A stretch of DNA of 44,864 bases, from assembly GCF_006345805.1 (NCBI RefSeq), contig NW_021834670.1, positions 1 through 44,864 on the forward strand, given 5' to 3'. Below the pieces are notes generated by a model. That model did no database searches, was not told where the DNA came from, and saw only the letters and a program-made list of their open reading frames with translations. Below are positions 9,594 through 20,756 of the stretch, piece after piece. A program made the translations under genes and the position numbers. How positions within the stretch are numbered: position 1 is the stretch's first letter; every line of letters starts with the position of its first letter. This DNA is from Octopus sinensis (taxonomy: Eukaryota).

Positions 9594-10433
9594 GTTCACG
9601 CCCATCCAATCCTGCTGACCACCACTAGTGATCTCAGTAGGTCAAGTATTACCTGTTAATAAAGAATCCATATAAATATTCTAAGTTGTTCACGTCCACC
9701 CAATCCTGCTGACCACCACTAGTGATCCCAGTAGGTCAAGTATTACCTGTTGATAAAGAATCCATAGAAACATTCTGTGTTGTTAACGTCCATCCAATCC
9801 TGCTGACCACCACTAGTGATCCCAGTAGATCAAGTATTACCTGTTAATAAAGAATCCATATAAATATTCTAAGATGTATACGTCCATCCAATCCTGCTGA
9901 CCACCACTAGTGATACCAGTACGTCAAGTATTACCTGTTAATAAAGAAACCATATAAATATTCTAAGATGTTAACGTCCATCCAATCATGCTGACCAAAA
10001 CTAGTGATACCAGTAGGTCAAGTATTACCTGTTGATAAAGAATCCATAGAAATATTCTGTGTTGTTAACGTCCATCCAATCCTGCTGACCACCACTAGTG
10101 ATCCCAGTAGATCAAGTATTACCTGTTAATAAAGAATCCATATAAATATTCTAAGATGTATACGTCCATCCAATCCTGCTGACCACCACTAGTGATACCA
10201 GTACGTCAAGTATTACCTGTTAATAAAGAAACCATATAAATATTCTAAGATGTTAACGTCCATCCAATCATGCTGACCACCACTAGTGATACCAGTAGGT
10301 CAAGTATTACTTGTTAATAAAGAATCCATATAAATATTCTAAGATGTTAACGTCCATCCAATCATGCTGACCACCACTAGTGATACCAGTAGGTCAAGTA
10401 TTACCTGTTAATAAAGAATCCATATAAATATTC
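9594..10433 (+). repeat. 9 x 94-bp tandem array derived from the gene A 3'UTR poly(A) module
   Basis: Unit starts at 9594, 9688, 9782, 9876, 9970, 10064, 10158, 10252 and 10346, an exact period of 94. Seven units carry AATAAA and two carry GATAAA. Confidence 0.95.
9658..9663 (+). terminator. First AATAAA poly(A) signal of gene A
   Basis: About 96 nt after the stop, at the position homologous to gene B's single AATAAA. Confidence 0.7.
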
Positions 10434-10484
10434 AAAGTCCGTCTTTCGAGTTGTGATTGGCTTCTCTGACCCCACAGACTGAGC

Positions 10485-10519
<35 letters not shown>

Positions 10520-10547
10520 TTCTAGTTCTTACTAAATGCTTTGCACC

Positions 10548-10618
10548 TTAGGTAAGTGTCTTCTACGAAAGCCTTCTGAGTGGATTAAGTAGGCGGGAAC
10601 CGAAAGAAACATGTCGTT

Positions 10619-10651
<33 letters not shown>

Positions 10652-10885
10652 ATATGTATGTGTGTGTGTGTGTTTTTATGCGTGTGCTGGCTACCCTCCC
10701 CACCAACATCGCTTGATAAACGATGCTGGTGTGTTTACGTCGCCGTAACTTTGTGGGTCGGCAAAAGAGACCGATAGAATAAGTACTAGGCTTACAAAGA
10801 ATAAGGTCTGAAGACGATTTCTTCGACTAAAGGCGATGCTCCAGCATGGCCGCTGTCAAATAGCTGAAATAAATACAAGAAAAGA
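10548..10885 (+). mobile_element. SINE family A, degenerate and 5'-truncated
   Basis: Body and tail motifs GATGCTGGTGTGTTTACG...CCAGCATGGCC are present. Confidence 0.75.
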
Positions 10886-11216
10886 ATAATAAACGGCTAG
10901 TATTCTGATTTCGAATTTAAACCTTAAGTTCGGGATGAGGTCGATCTTATAGCAGTTTATATATATTGTTAAAATCTTTTATCCTTTATGGAAAATAACG
11001 TAAACCTCTGTAGAGACAACTGGAATTTCATAAGTATAAGTGACTAATATCAAAGAAGAACCAACGGTATCCCCTAGTATATATACATATATAGAACTTC
11101 CAATATCGTTAGTCGATATAGAGCAAAACTGGTGTACACTTGGATAAAATTTATCCCTAGGAAAAAACAACCTCTTTTCATACAAACTTATATATTGTGT
11201 GTGTGTGTGTGTGTGT

Positions 11217-11527
11217 GGAGGCGCAATAGACCATTGGTTAGGGCAGCGGACTCGCGGTTGTAGGATCGCGGTTTCGATTCCCAGCCCGGGCGTTGTGAGT
11301 GTTTATTGAGCGAAAACACCTAAAGCTCCACGAGGCTCTGACAGTGGCTGGTGGCGATCTCTGCTGTACTCTTTCGCCATAACTTTCTTTCACTCTTTCT
11401 TCTGTTGGCCTGCTTTCTTAGCCAGTGGGGTGGCGTCATTTGAAGGCTAAAACAATGCGAAGCACATTGTGACCAGCGATGTGTAGCAACATGTGATAGC
11501 TTGGTCGGTCACGGTGACCACGGTGAT
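11217..11527 (+). mobile_element. SINE family C1 (tRNA-derived head, (CACGGTGAT)n tail)
   Basis: GGAGGCGCAAT head with A/B-box-like motifs (GGTTTCGATTCC). Near-identical layout to 33767-34072. Possibly an OR-type (Arg-tRNA-derived) octopus SINE, recalled and not verified. Confidence 0.75.
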
Positions 11528-11579
11528 ATATATATATATAAATCTCTGAACGAAGTATAAACAGTAACTGAACGACAAC

Positions 11580-11819
11580 GTGAAGTATATTTGCCATCTC
11601 AATATGGCTAACCACTAAGAGTTGGTGTTACTGTAGCTTGTAGCCCCAGGAGAACATCTCCTCCAGCTGGCAATAGGCACGCTTTCGGTGCTCTTAAGAT
11701 ATTTTCAAATACCTTAAGGGCACAGAAACGGTGCCTAATGCCAGCTGGAGTAGATGTTCTCCTGGGGCTAACACCCCCCTTTAGTAGTTAGCCATATTGA
11801 GATGACAAATATACCTCAC
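11580..11819. mobile_element. Palindromic MITE-like element, family 1 (second copy)
   Basis: Ends GTGAAGTATATTTGCCATCTCAATATGGCTAAC and GTTAGCCATATTGAGATGACAAATATACCTCAC. Related to 5518-5782. Confidence 0.75.
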
Positions 11820-11880
11820 ACACACACAATTATATATATATATTATATATATATATATATATATATTATTTTATAGAAGG

Positions 11881-11931
11881 AGCTTCTACAGGACTAGAAC
11901 TGTTTCATTCAGATGAAATCTTCAGGAAGCT
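11881..11931 (-). ncRNA. Candidate type I hammerhead ribozyme (Penelope-like, minimal)
   Basis: Minus strand: AGCUUC-CUGAAGA-UUUCAUCUGAAU-GAAA-CAG-UUCUAGUC-CUG-UA-GAAGCU. It has a perfect 6-bp stem I, an intact core, a 3-bp stem III beyond the core A-U pair and a GUA cleavage triplet. Stem II is weak, with U-U at 10.1-11.1. Confidence 0.55.
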
Positions 11932-11987
11932 GCAATGTTAGAGTACCTTATTTACTGTGGTTAACCCCGACTCAACCCGGGACCTAC

Positions 11988-12019
<32 letters not shown>

Positions 12020-12170
12020 TATATATATAATTATATATATTATATATATATATATATATATATCATTAAATAATAAGTAGAAATTGATATTAATCAATTG
12101 AAACCAGTGGCTTAGCATATTTAAAACATCCGAAGATTAAAAATTGTGTTACGTACAAAATTAAGAGGAC

Positions 12171-12441
12171 ACCTAATATGCTAAACATAGACGTCAAATC
12201 GCCATTACCACGAAGGGTGTGTTCTCAAGCAAAATCTCAGCAAAACGCCAAAATGTAAAAATAAGCGAAACAAATGAAAATATACGGAATAAAAAACGAT
12301 TACCTACGTACCATGGTTTCACTTGTTAATATCTACGTATGCAAACACGCAGATATCTGCAAAATCGTCAGCGTAGACTTTTCTTGAGAACACACGCTTT
12401 GTAGTAATGGCGATTTGACGTCTATGTTTAGCATATTAGGT
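12171..12441. mobile_element. MITE-like element, family 2
   Basis: About 60-bp inverted ends ACCTAATATGCTAAACATAGACGTCAAATCGCCATTAC and GTAATGGCGATTTGACGTCTATGTTTAGCATATTAGGT. Confidence 0.75.
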
Positions 12442-12471
12442 ATCCACTTTAGTGGTCATTCCACTTAATGT

Positions 12472-12502
<31 letters not shown>

Positions 12503-12782
12503 TTTGAATAATCCGTAACAAGATAATTCATTTATCCATTTCATAATAAATATATATATATATCTATATATATATATAATATATATATGTATTTGTATAT
12601 GTATATATATATATTTATATATACATATATATATTTTGGATTTTTTATCTAGTTTCAGCTCACGAGCTGTGGCCATGCTGGGGCACCGCCATTTGATGTT
12701 GCTACATGATTTTAGTTCACGAATGCTTTTTAGCAATTGCCATTTGGTGCATGAGAGAGTATATATATATATATATATATAC

Positions 12783-12834
<52 letters not shown>

Positions 12835-12850
12835 TTGTGTGTGTGTGTGT

Positions 12851-13230
12851 TCTTGGAAGGCCGTTTTCTTCATTTGGTATTGCAATCTATTACACCTATC
12901 GAACTGGACATCATTGTATGATTCCAAATATCCCTTCCTATCCATCTAGTGTAAGGACATAGCGCTGTAGGATTTCAAAGGCCTACATCCTTTCAACACT
13001 CTACCGAAGCATTTCAGGGATCTGCAAGGTATATTTGTGAAATTTTGATCTGATGTACCAGATGAACCAATGACAGCAGTGATCACAAAGATGAGCAACT
13101 CCGTCTAACTCGTCACTTCACCAGACACAATGCCGGAGATGAAAGCTTGGAATTTAGTGTAAAATAAAAGCACATCACACGAAGGGTGGTACCCCTAGCA
13201 TAGCTGGGACCTGTTAGAGTAAATATAAAA
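12851..13230 (+). mobile_element. Decayed LINE 3' fragment (CR1/L2 group)
   Basis: Broken frames read GHHCMIPNI...SVRT / FNTLPKHFRDL / VPDEP / SNS, resembling LINE ORF2 C-termini. Confidence 0.5.
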
Positions 13231-13319
13231 TCTTCATGGTCTTCCCCTTCACATTTTACTGGTTTCAGTCTTCAGACAGCCGCTCACTGCATTGTGTGAT
13301 ACGTTATTGAAAGCAGAAA

Positions 13320-14450
13320 TTTTCGCGCAATTTTGTAATTTAGTAACACAAAAGATGTGTGTGAATATCTATTTCATTTTTCGCCATATTCTTCTTGACT
13401 TTCCATGTGCTTCTTCCAGTGGCCCACAATTTTGCTGACTCCATGGTCTCAACAGCGTGGCTGACCGAATGTTGAGCGTGCATTATCGTGCAACAATAAT
13501 TCATACTTTAATAAAAGACCCTAACGTTTGGTGCGAATTGCTGGTTTCAGTTTGTTGGCTAGCATTTCAAGGTAGCCTACACTAGTGACAATAGACCCCT
13601 TTTCCAGGCAATATTCAAGTATAGGCCCGTTTGCATCCCCAAATACGGTTAGCATCACTTTTTTTGTAGAAGGTTGAGTCTTCAATTACTTTTTCGCTAT
13701 CGATTCCGGATGATTCCATTCTGTCTTTTCAATTCTGGCTCAAAGTGATGGACGCAGGTCTCATCTCTTGTGACTGTTATCTCCATAAAAGCTTTGCTTT
13801 AATCCTTGTAGCTGTCAAATACGCTCTGACGGTTCTCCACACGATTTACCTTATGCGCTTCCATAATCTTTATAGGCGCCCATTACACACAGATTTTACA
13901 GAAGTTAAGCTTTTTTCGTGGATGATTTCGTACGCTGAGCCACGGATAATTTGCAGAAACTATGCCACCCAATCGACAGTCAATCGTCCGTTTGCCACAG
14001 CTTCGAACTTGTTAAATCTTCTCGTAATGACAGACGTTGATGAACCTCTTGCTCCGTTCTCATATTTCGCGCTTGTTCGGCCATTTTAAAACTTCTTGAT
14101 CCACTTCAAGCTTGTTCAGAGATTTAAAACTTCCTGTTTCACTGAAACACACTTCTACACAGTAGAGCTCCGTTCCAGTATAGTACTGAAAGCCTGCGAT
14201 GAATTTAAGCCTCTGACACATTCAGACCAGAGAAATCTGATCACTAACTGCTGTTCTTCCTTGACGCACACTGTCAGTAGAGCGGCCGTGTTTACTCTGT
14301 GACACAAGAAAGAAAAGTGGAGCGCTCGAAGGTGAAACGTCGGTCAGGTAATCGCAAGAATACCACTCTTTAACGTGTGACCGTTGAAGGGTAGTGAGAC
14401 CAACCTTAAGAATGTTTTGACCAAACGGCGGCTATTTTTTCACTTCCCCT
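13320..14450 (-). mobile_element. Decayed mariner (DD34D) transposon
   Basis: Broken frames read VCVKEEQQLVIRFLWSECVRG; VTRDETCVHHFEPELKRQ; KKVMLTVFGDANGPILEYCLEKG...KLKPAIRTKR*GLL...LLLHDNAR. Confidence 0.85.
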
Positions 14451-14709
14451 TCTACAATTAGTATGAGTGTTCTGGTCTCCTTGATTTGCTAAACAGTTTT
14501 TTTTTCCCCACAACACAGACAGAATCTCAGATATCTACACACACGCATTCAAGCACGCACACAGACAAACAAACAAACAAACACACACACACACACACAC
14601 ACGAAATGGAACAACAACAACAACAACAACAACAGCTCTGTCTCTGAAAACAGAGAAAGAGAATCACAACTTCAAAGACCGATGTTGGATACAATATTTA
14701 TATGGATTC

Positions 14710-14715
14710 TTTATT
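14710..14715 (-). terminator. AATAAA poly(A) signal of gene B
   Basis: TTTATT on the + strand, about 100 nt past the stop. It lies in a 3'UTR segment homologous to gene A's repeat unit. Confidence 0.7.
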
Positions 14716-14814
14716 AAAAGGTAAAACGTGACTTATGTGGATCACCAGTGGTGGTCAACAGGATTGGATGGACGTTAACAACATCAATAGTATCAATGGT
14801 TATCATGTGCTGGG

Positions 14815-14870
14815 TTAGTTCTGCTGCCTCAGGCGGATGAATATGGCCATGGAGTCTGCTAATGCATAAC
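14815..14870 (-). CDS. Gene B exon 5 (terminal coding exon)
   Basis: Acceptor CTTGCAG|. Encodes (G)YALADSMAIFIRLRQQN with TAA at 14817-14815. The joined CDS is 891 nt (296 aa). Confidence 0.9.
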
Positions 14871-15097
14871 CTGCAAGTAGCAAATAACAACATCAACAAC
14901 AAAAGACATTCAAATATATCGTGGGAGGGCTTTACACGTGGTCACTCGAATTACTAGAAATAGCAGTCGATTTTCGGTCAGAACGCTTTTATTCATAAAT
15001 CAGCTCAATCAAGCCTGATTGGTTGCTGAACAATAAGTACAAAAAAAAACTTCTACTATTACTACTCACAGTAAGACACACACACACACTCACAAAA

Positions 15098-15132
<35 letters not shown>

Positions 15133-15237
15133 CTCACACACACACACACACAAAACTCACACACACACAAACGCACAAACATACATGTACGCACGCACGC
15201 ACACACATACACACACAAAAGAGAAAACATCACTTAC

Positions 15238-15398
15238 CGTGGTTCCATACGACTTTCATTTTTGTGTCAGAATAACGGATTGAAGGAGAATGATCTTTGT
15301 AACCAAACCGACATGATGGCGGAACCTCATCGATAGCCAACCAGCCGCTTGCTTTTGTACATTTGAGGTTTTTATTTATATAGAAACTACGTTTTCCT
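15238..15398 (-). CDS. Gene B exon 4 (not in ORF track)
   Basis: Acceptor CTTCACAG|, donor G|GTAAGT, 161 nt. Encodes (K)GKRSFYINKNLKCTKASGWLAIDEVPPSCRFGYKDHSPSIRYSDTKMKVVWNH. Confidence 0.9.
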
Positions 15399-15580
15399 CT
15401 GTGAAGTTAACAAAAGTTGGTTGGGTTTCAGAAACGAAAATCTAAACATTTATGAAATATATATCAATATGTCCGCTTTACACAATTAAATCGGTCAGTG
15501 TTCAAAATAGCCTTCAGTGTATCATACTTAATGTATATTCACATTGTTGATAGACTAATTATTATAGTAAACAAATAAAT

Positions 15581-15801
15581 GCGCCCTTTTTAAAGCCTAA
15601 CCAAGCTCATGGGCCCGGTTTCCCGAGTTCAATGGTGTATGTTCCCCAGCTGGACGGGACGCCAGTCCATCGCAGCGTGGACTGGAGCAAAGTGAAATGA
15701 AGTGTTTTGCTCAAGAACACAACGCGTCGCCCGGTCCAGGAATCGAAACCACAATCTTACGATCATGGTGCTGACACCCTAACCACTAAGCCATACGCCT
15801 C
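15581..15801 (-). mobile_element. SINE family D (tRNA head + V-domain-like core)
   Basis: Head GAGGCGTATGGCTTAGTGGTTAGGG...GGTTTCGATTCC. The core GCGATGGACTGGCGTCCCGTCCAG resembles the V-SINE domain. Confidence 0.65.
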
Positions 15802-15978
15802 AAATTATTATAGTATTTTTCCTTAAATAATATCTCCTATGGATTTGCTGTGTTACGAACAAAATAAATACCGAAGAGACACGAAATTTCGTCCCATCAA
15901 CGGCCAGTGAGAGCAAGAGGTGTTATCTCGGGACAAATATTGCAGTAACTGTCCTGTCGTGAATATGTATACGTTTTG

Positions 15979-16189
15979 CAGGGTGCGGTAGAAATACCTC
16001 CCACATTTTGAACTTTCACCTATGTGTTGCTAATAAACTGATGCAAGTGCCAATGATTTTTTCATTTAGCTAATGAACAAAAACTGTAACCCTTTGTTTA
16101 AACAACAGTAAAATTAATTTTTCATAAATGTTGTTTCTTTTTCCTTTTGTCAACCTTTCAAATGTGGGACGTATTTCTGCCGCACTCTC
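15979..16189. mobile_element. Tc1/mariner-type MITE
   Basis: About 33-bp TIRs CAGGGTGCGGTAGAAATACCTCCCACATTTTGAA and TTCAAATGTGGGACGTATTTCTGCCGCACTCTC, followed by TA. Confidence 0.75.
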
Positions 16190-16330
16190 TATATGATACA
16201 TAGCTGTCTATAGCAGTCTGTATTAAAATATTTCTGCCGCACTCTGTATAACGTACACATATTCACATCAGCCATCTATAGATTCTCTTACCAACGAGAT
16301 CTATCTTACATACACTCACACACACATACA

Positions 16331-16371
<41 letters not shown>

Positions 16372-16667
16372 ATACACTCACAAACATAGATATACATACA
16401 CACGCACACTCATACGCACACACACACATGCACACACACAAATTCACAAGCGCGTAGAAATACGCCAATGTAAATTCGCCAACAAATTCGAAACTACACA
16501 CGAGTCGTACACCTGAGAAAAAATTTCCACAAAGGGCCACAAACAAATAAGGGATGATATTTTCCCACGGTAAACATCTTACCAAGGCGCCAAGTAAACA
16601 TGGAATAAATTCTGCTCAGGAGAAATAATATAATGGAATATAATTATATTCAAAACGAACAGACACA

Positions 16668-16832
16668 GGCGCAGGAGTGGATGTGTGGTAAGTAGCTTGC
16701 TAACCAACCACATGGTTCCGGGTTCAGTCCCACTGCGTGGCGTCTTGGGCAAGTGCCTTCTGCTATAGCCCCGGGCCGACCAATGCCTTGTGAGTGGATT
16801 TGGTAGACGGAAACTGAAAGAAGCCTGTCGTA

Positions 16833-16875
<43 letters not shown>

Positions 16876-17085
16876 TTGTGTGTCTGTGTTTGTCCCCCTA
16901 GCATTGCTTGACGACCGATGCTGGTGTGTTTACGTCCCCGTCACTTAGCGGTTCAGCAAAAGAGACCGATAGAATAAGTACTGGGCTTACAAAGAATAAG
17001 TCCCGGGGTCGATTTGCTCGACTAAAAGGCGGTGCTCCAGCATGGCCGCAGTCAAATGACTGAAACAAGTAAAGGAGTAAAGGAG
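16668..17085 (+). mobile_element. SINE family A, full length
   Basis: tRNA-like head GGCGCAGGAGTGG...GGTTCAGTCCC, an internal (TA)n(TG)n tract, and a GTAAAGGA/GTAAAAGA tail. Confidence 0.9.
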
Positions 17086-17629
17086 ACACAAGTCAATATT
17101 GTAAGGTGAATGAATATTTTCGTGTTTATCACTTTAAAACGTGAAAGCCAGAAAACTGCTCTACTCCTCCCGGAAAGTATTTCATTTAGATGTATAGTGT
17201 TAAAAATACAGAACTGTACGAATAATAGAGAAACAGCCACTAGCAATGGCGGCGAAATTGCTAAATCCGTATTTCTTATGTGTTCAAAAACACCAGTAGT
17301 AAGTAGTCGTTGGCATCCGCAGTTCAAGACAAATTTCGCCTCTTTTGATATAGAGAAATAGTGATAAGCGAATCAGCGGTGCTGTAGTTAGCCAGAAGTC
17401 TGGATATATTTCATCTTTACAGACGGCAGCAGAACTAGTTCAAATTTGCATTCTGTATATCATAACAAATGAAGATATACTGTTGAAAGCCTGGGCCTAC
17501 GTTGTTTGTCTCCAGAAACTATCACGTTTAAACGTATAGGTTAAACTACATATCTGTAGCCTACGAAAAGTGTTTCTTAATATTATATTTCTTTACATAA
17601 CGAATCGAAAGAAAATAAGAAAAAAGATA

Positions 17630-17794
17630 GGCGCAGGAGTGGCTGTGTCGTAAGTAGCTTGCTAACCAACCACATGGTTCCGGGTTCAGTCCCATTGCGT
17701 GGCATCTTGGGCAAGTGTCTTCTGCTGTAGCTCCGGGCCGACCAATGCCTTGTGAGTGGATTTGGTAAACGAAAACTGAAAGAAGCCTGTCGTA

Positions 17795-17845
<51 letters not shown>

Positions 17846-18049
17846 ATGTGTTTGTCCCCCTAGCATTGCTTGACAACTGATGCTGGTGTGTTTACGTCCC
17901 CGTTAATTAGCGGTTCGGCAAAAGAGACCGATAGAATAAGTACTGGGCTTACAAAGAATAAGTCCCGGGGTCGATTTGCTCGACTAAAGGCGGTGCTCCA
18001 GCATGGCCGCAGTCAAACGTCTGAAACAAGTAAAAGAGTAAAAGAGTAA
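17630..18049 (+). mobile_element. SINE family A, full length, abutting gene B exon 3 donor
   Basis: Same structure as 16668-17085. The tail ends immediately next to the GTATGT donor (18055-18050). Confidence 0.9.
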
Positions 18050-18055
18050 ACATAC

Positions 18056-18219
18056 TTAGTTATTTCCATTGAGAAAAGCAATTTTGTGGCAGAAGCTAGA
18101 TCGTCCCATGGTGAACTTTTCAAATTTTCCTGAGAGAACCAGGTTTTAAGGGTTGTATTTATTCCATCAAATATCATAGTTACCACATCTGTTTGGTTTT
18201 CGTAGAGCACCAGTTTCAC
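18056..18219 (-). CDS. Gene B exon 3
   Basis: Acceptor TTTTGCAG|, donor AA|GTATGT, 164 nt, phase 0 to 2. Encodes VKLVLYENQTDVVTMIFDGINTTLKTWFSQENLKSSPWDDLASATKLLFSMEIT. Confidence 0.9.
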
Positions 18220-18466
18220 CTGCAAAAGAAATGAACATTTACAACATACATTTACACACACTCATGATGAAAAATAAGTGGATGAATTTAGATAGATCGA
18301 GATATTTTAACATATATTTCATTGGCTGTTAGACTAATATCCATTCTCATTTTTCTTCATCATTCCTTTGACTGCAACAAATTTGCTTAACACACGAAAT
18401 TAATGACTTTTATTCGTCATTGGCCTAACCGCTGTCTGGCCGTCTCTAAATGAATCAAATAATATA

Positions 18467-18850
18467 TCTCTCTCTATATAAACGGCAGTTTGTCTGTGCG
18501 TGTTTCTGTGTGTCTGTTTGATTGTACCCTCACCCTGACCACGGATTTCAACCGATTCTGATGAAACTTGACACACACATAGCCCAATGTCATAATTCAA
18601 AACTAACGCAGCGAAAATTTTGAAAAGTTCCCCCAGTTCTGAAAAAAATCGATAAATTCGACATGGGGTCGAGAATCAGAAACACGAACCACAAACTGTC
18701 TAGGGGACGCAACTCCACCTTTTTTAACTAAAAAAAAAATTTACCATAATTTTTTTCCATTTTTTTGCTATTTTTTGGCTATAACTCTCTAAAAATGCTT
18801 TATAGTTATTTCCCTTACAAACCTGAGCAACGCCGGGCGATACTGCTAGT
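18467..18850 (+). mobile_element. Non-autonomous Helitron-like element
   Basis: 5' TCTCTATATAAA. 3' end GAGCAACGCCGGGCGATACTGCTAG|T (GC hairpin plus CTAG). The last ~75 bp are shared with 42316-42826. Confidence 0.75.
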
Positions 18851-19430
18851 ATACATATATATGCACGTATGCATCATGACTAGTTCAAAATGCCCGTCGT
18901 TCAATTCCATGCGCAATATGGTTAAAACATCTCCGCAGTAAATACAGTGACGATATAGATTTAAATTTTGAACTAGCCATGATACATGGCTGCTCCTGAT
19001 CTGGGCTCTGACAGGTTCCTGGTTCGTCTGTTCCCATAAAGTTTTGTTTGTTACTCAATCTTGCCATCTCACAAGAAGAATGACAAAGTAATTCTGCTTT
19101 GAATCCAAGTACCACCGAGGTCCACATGCTTTACTTTCTGCTGAGCTCAATAAAACTTTTACCAGTCATGTATCGTAAGCTGATTTCATCGATTTTGTTT
19201 CCCATTTACTCATCAAACCCCAAAAGGAGTTTCTTTTGTCTATAATAAATTTTTCTTATTACTGCGGTTTGCCGCGGATAGAATTCTATTCAACACTGTT
19301 TCGCCTTCCTCAAATATAATTTTTACAGGTCAAAAATGTAACAAACAATTGAATTGATCTAAATATCTGTTAATCATTATTACTATTATTATATGTATAT
19401 TAGTGTATGTGTATGCATATAGCTACGTAC

Positions 19431-19609
19431 CTCATCAATTGGAAGATATTCCCAGAAATCAAGGATGGGATGTCGGAAGAAGTTGGGACAGAAGGTACCA
19501 TTGCATTTGTCCACATTCCAGGTTGAAGTATTTCCTATATTCATGAATGAATTATAAACTTTCGAACCAGCTCTCATTGATAGGGCATATGTTTTAATCC
19601 ATTGGCTGT
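19431..19609 (-). CDS. Gene B exon 2
   Basis: Acceptor TTTCAG|, donor GAG|GTACGT, 179 nt. Encodes (N)SQWIKTYALSMRAGSKVYNSFMNIGNTSTWNVDKCNGTFCPNFFRHPILDFWEYLPIDE. Confidence 0.92.
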
Positions 19610-19637
19610 CTGAAATAAGTATAATGGAAGTAGCAGC

Positions 19638-19708
<71 letters not shown>

Positions 19709-19716
19709 CAGTAGTA

Positions 19717-19886
19717 ATATTGGTTTCAAAGCTGAATACCTAAAACATAATTTCGGCCATGAACTTACGCGCAGCCGCAGTAGTTCGGTATGGCGCTGGG
19801 ATCCTTCACTGAACAGAGGAGGAGAGATAAGAGTTGGACAGGAAGACAAGGAAGCGTCTAATGATGCATGGAGGCCATCATCCACA
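19717..19886 (+). mobile_element. R4/Dong-like LINE fragment shared with gene A intron 1
   Basis: Reads LVSKLNT*NIISAMNLRAAAVVRYGAGILH*TEEEIRELDRKTRKRLMMHGGHHP. About 96% identical to 4800-4968 (reverse complement). Confidence 0.8.
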
Positions 19887-20099
19887 TGAATATAATGGAA
19901 ATTAGAACAGAGTGCTTAGTAGAACTCCTTGACACGACCAGAATAATCAGGAAAGTATTAGTTGAAAAGGACTGATAACATGGTAGCGTAGGCAGCAGGT
20001 AGCCTGCTCGCTACGCATGCAAGACTCCAGGGATTCCAACAAAACCTGTGATAAAAATAAATAATAAGGATGACTTCAAATTTTGTCCCAATGGCAGGA

Positions 20100-20755
20100 A
20101 TTTGGGGGAAAGGGATGAGTCGTTTACATCGGCCCCAGTGCGTAACTGGTACTTATTTAATCGACCCCGAAAGGATGAAAGGTAAAGTCCACCTCGACGC
20201 AATTTGAACTCAGAACGTAGCGACGAGCGAAATACCTATTTCCTAGTTCTTTACTGCCCACAAGGGGCTAAACACAGACAGGACAAACAAGGACAGACAA
20301 ACGGATTAAGTCGAATATATCGACCCCAGTGCGTAACTTGTAATTATTTAATCGACCCCGAAAGGATGAAAGGCAAAGTCGACCGCAGCGGAATTTGAAC
20401 TCAGAACAGGTGGCAGACGAAATACCGCTAAGCATTTCGCCCGGCGTGCTAACGTTTCTGCCAGCTCGCCTCCCTTAAAAGGATGAAAGGCAAAGTCGAC
20501 CTCGGCGGAATTTGAATTCAGAACGTAGCGGCAGACAAAATACCTGTTTCTTTATTACCCACAATGGGCTAAACATAGAGGGGACAAACAAGGACAGAAA
20601 AACGGATTAAGTCGATTACATCAACCCCAGTGCGTAACTAGTACTTAATTTATCGACCCCGAAAGGATGAAAGGCAAAGTCGACCTCGGTGGAATTTGAA
20701 CTCAGAACGTAACGGCAGACAAAATACCGCTAAGCATTTCGCCCGGCGTCTAACA
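20100..20755 (-). mobile_element. SINE family B cluster (partial concatemers)
   Basis: Repeated CGACCCCGAAAGGATGAAAGGCAAAGTCGAC units, with two GGCGAGCTGGCAGAAACGTTAGC-type heads (one truncated). Confidence 0.85.
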
Positions 20756-20756
20756 A

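Noticed and set aside
9594-10433. 94-bp array as a CRISPR-like locus
   Set aside because: The whole unit repeats with no unique spacers, there are no cas genes, and it is homologous to the paralogue's 3'UTR.
11217-11300. tRNA genes at SINE heads (also 16668, 17630, 25400, 33767, 41540, 44470)
   Set aside because: They have A/B boxes but no full cloverleaf, and each continues into a shared SINE body and tail.
13262-13275. Other CUGANGA hits (13269, 18558, 22741, 26798, 28967, 42268)
   Set aside because: Each lacks a viable stem II, GAAA or stem I pairing.
13745-14302. Plus-strand ORFs of 114 and 68 aa
   Set aside because: They are antisense shadows of the decayed mariner transposase.
18885-19127. 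Paired ORFs 6153-6353 (+) and 18885-19127 (-) as an extra conserved exon
   Set aside because: They start at GTG/ATG by chance inside the high-identity intronic tract and lack convincing flanking splice sites. Exon 2 already joins exon 3 in phase.
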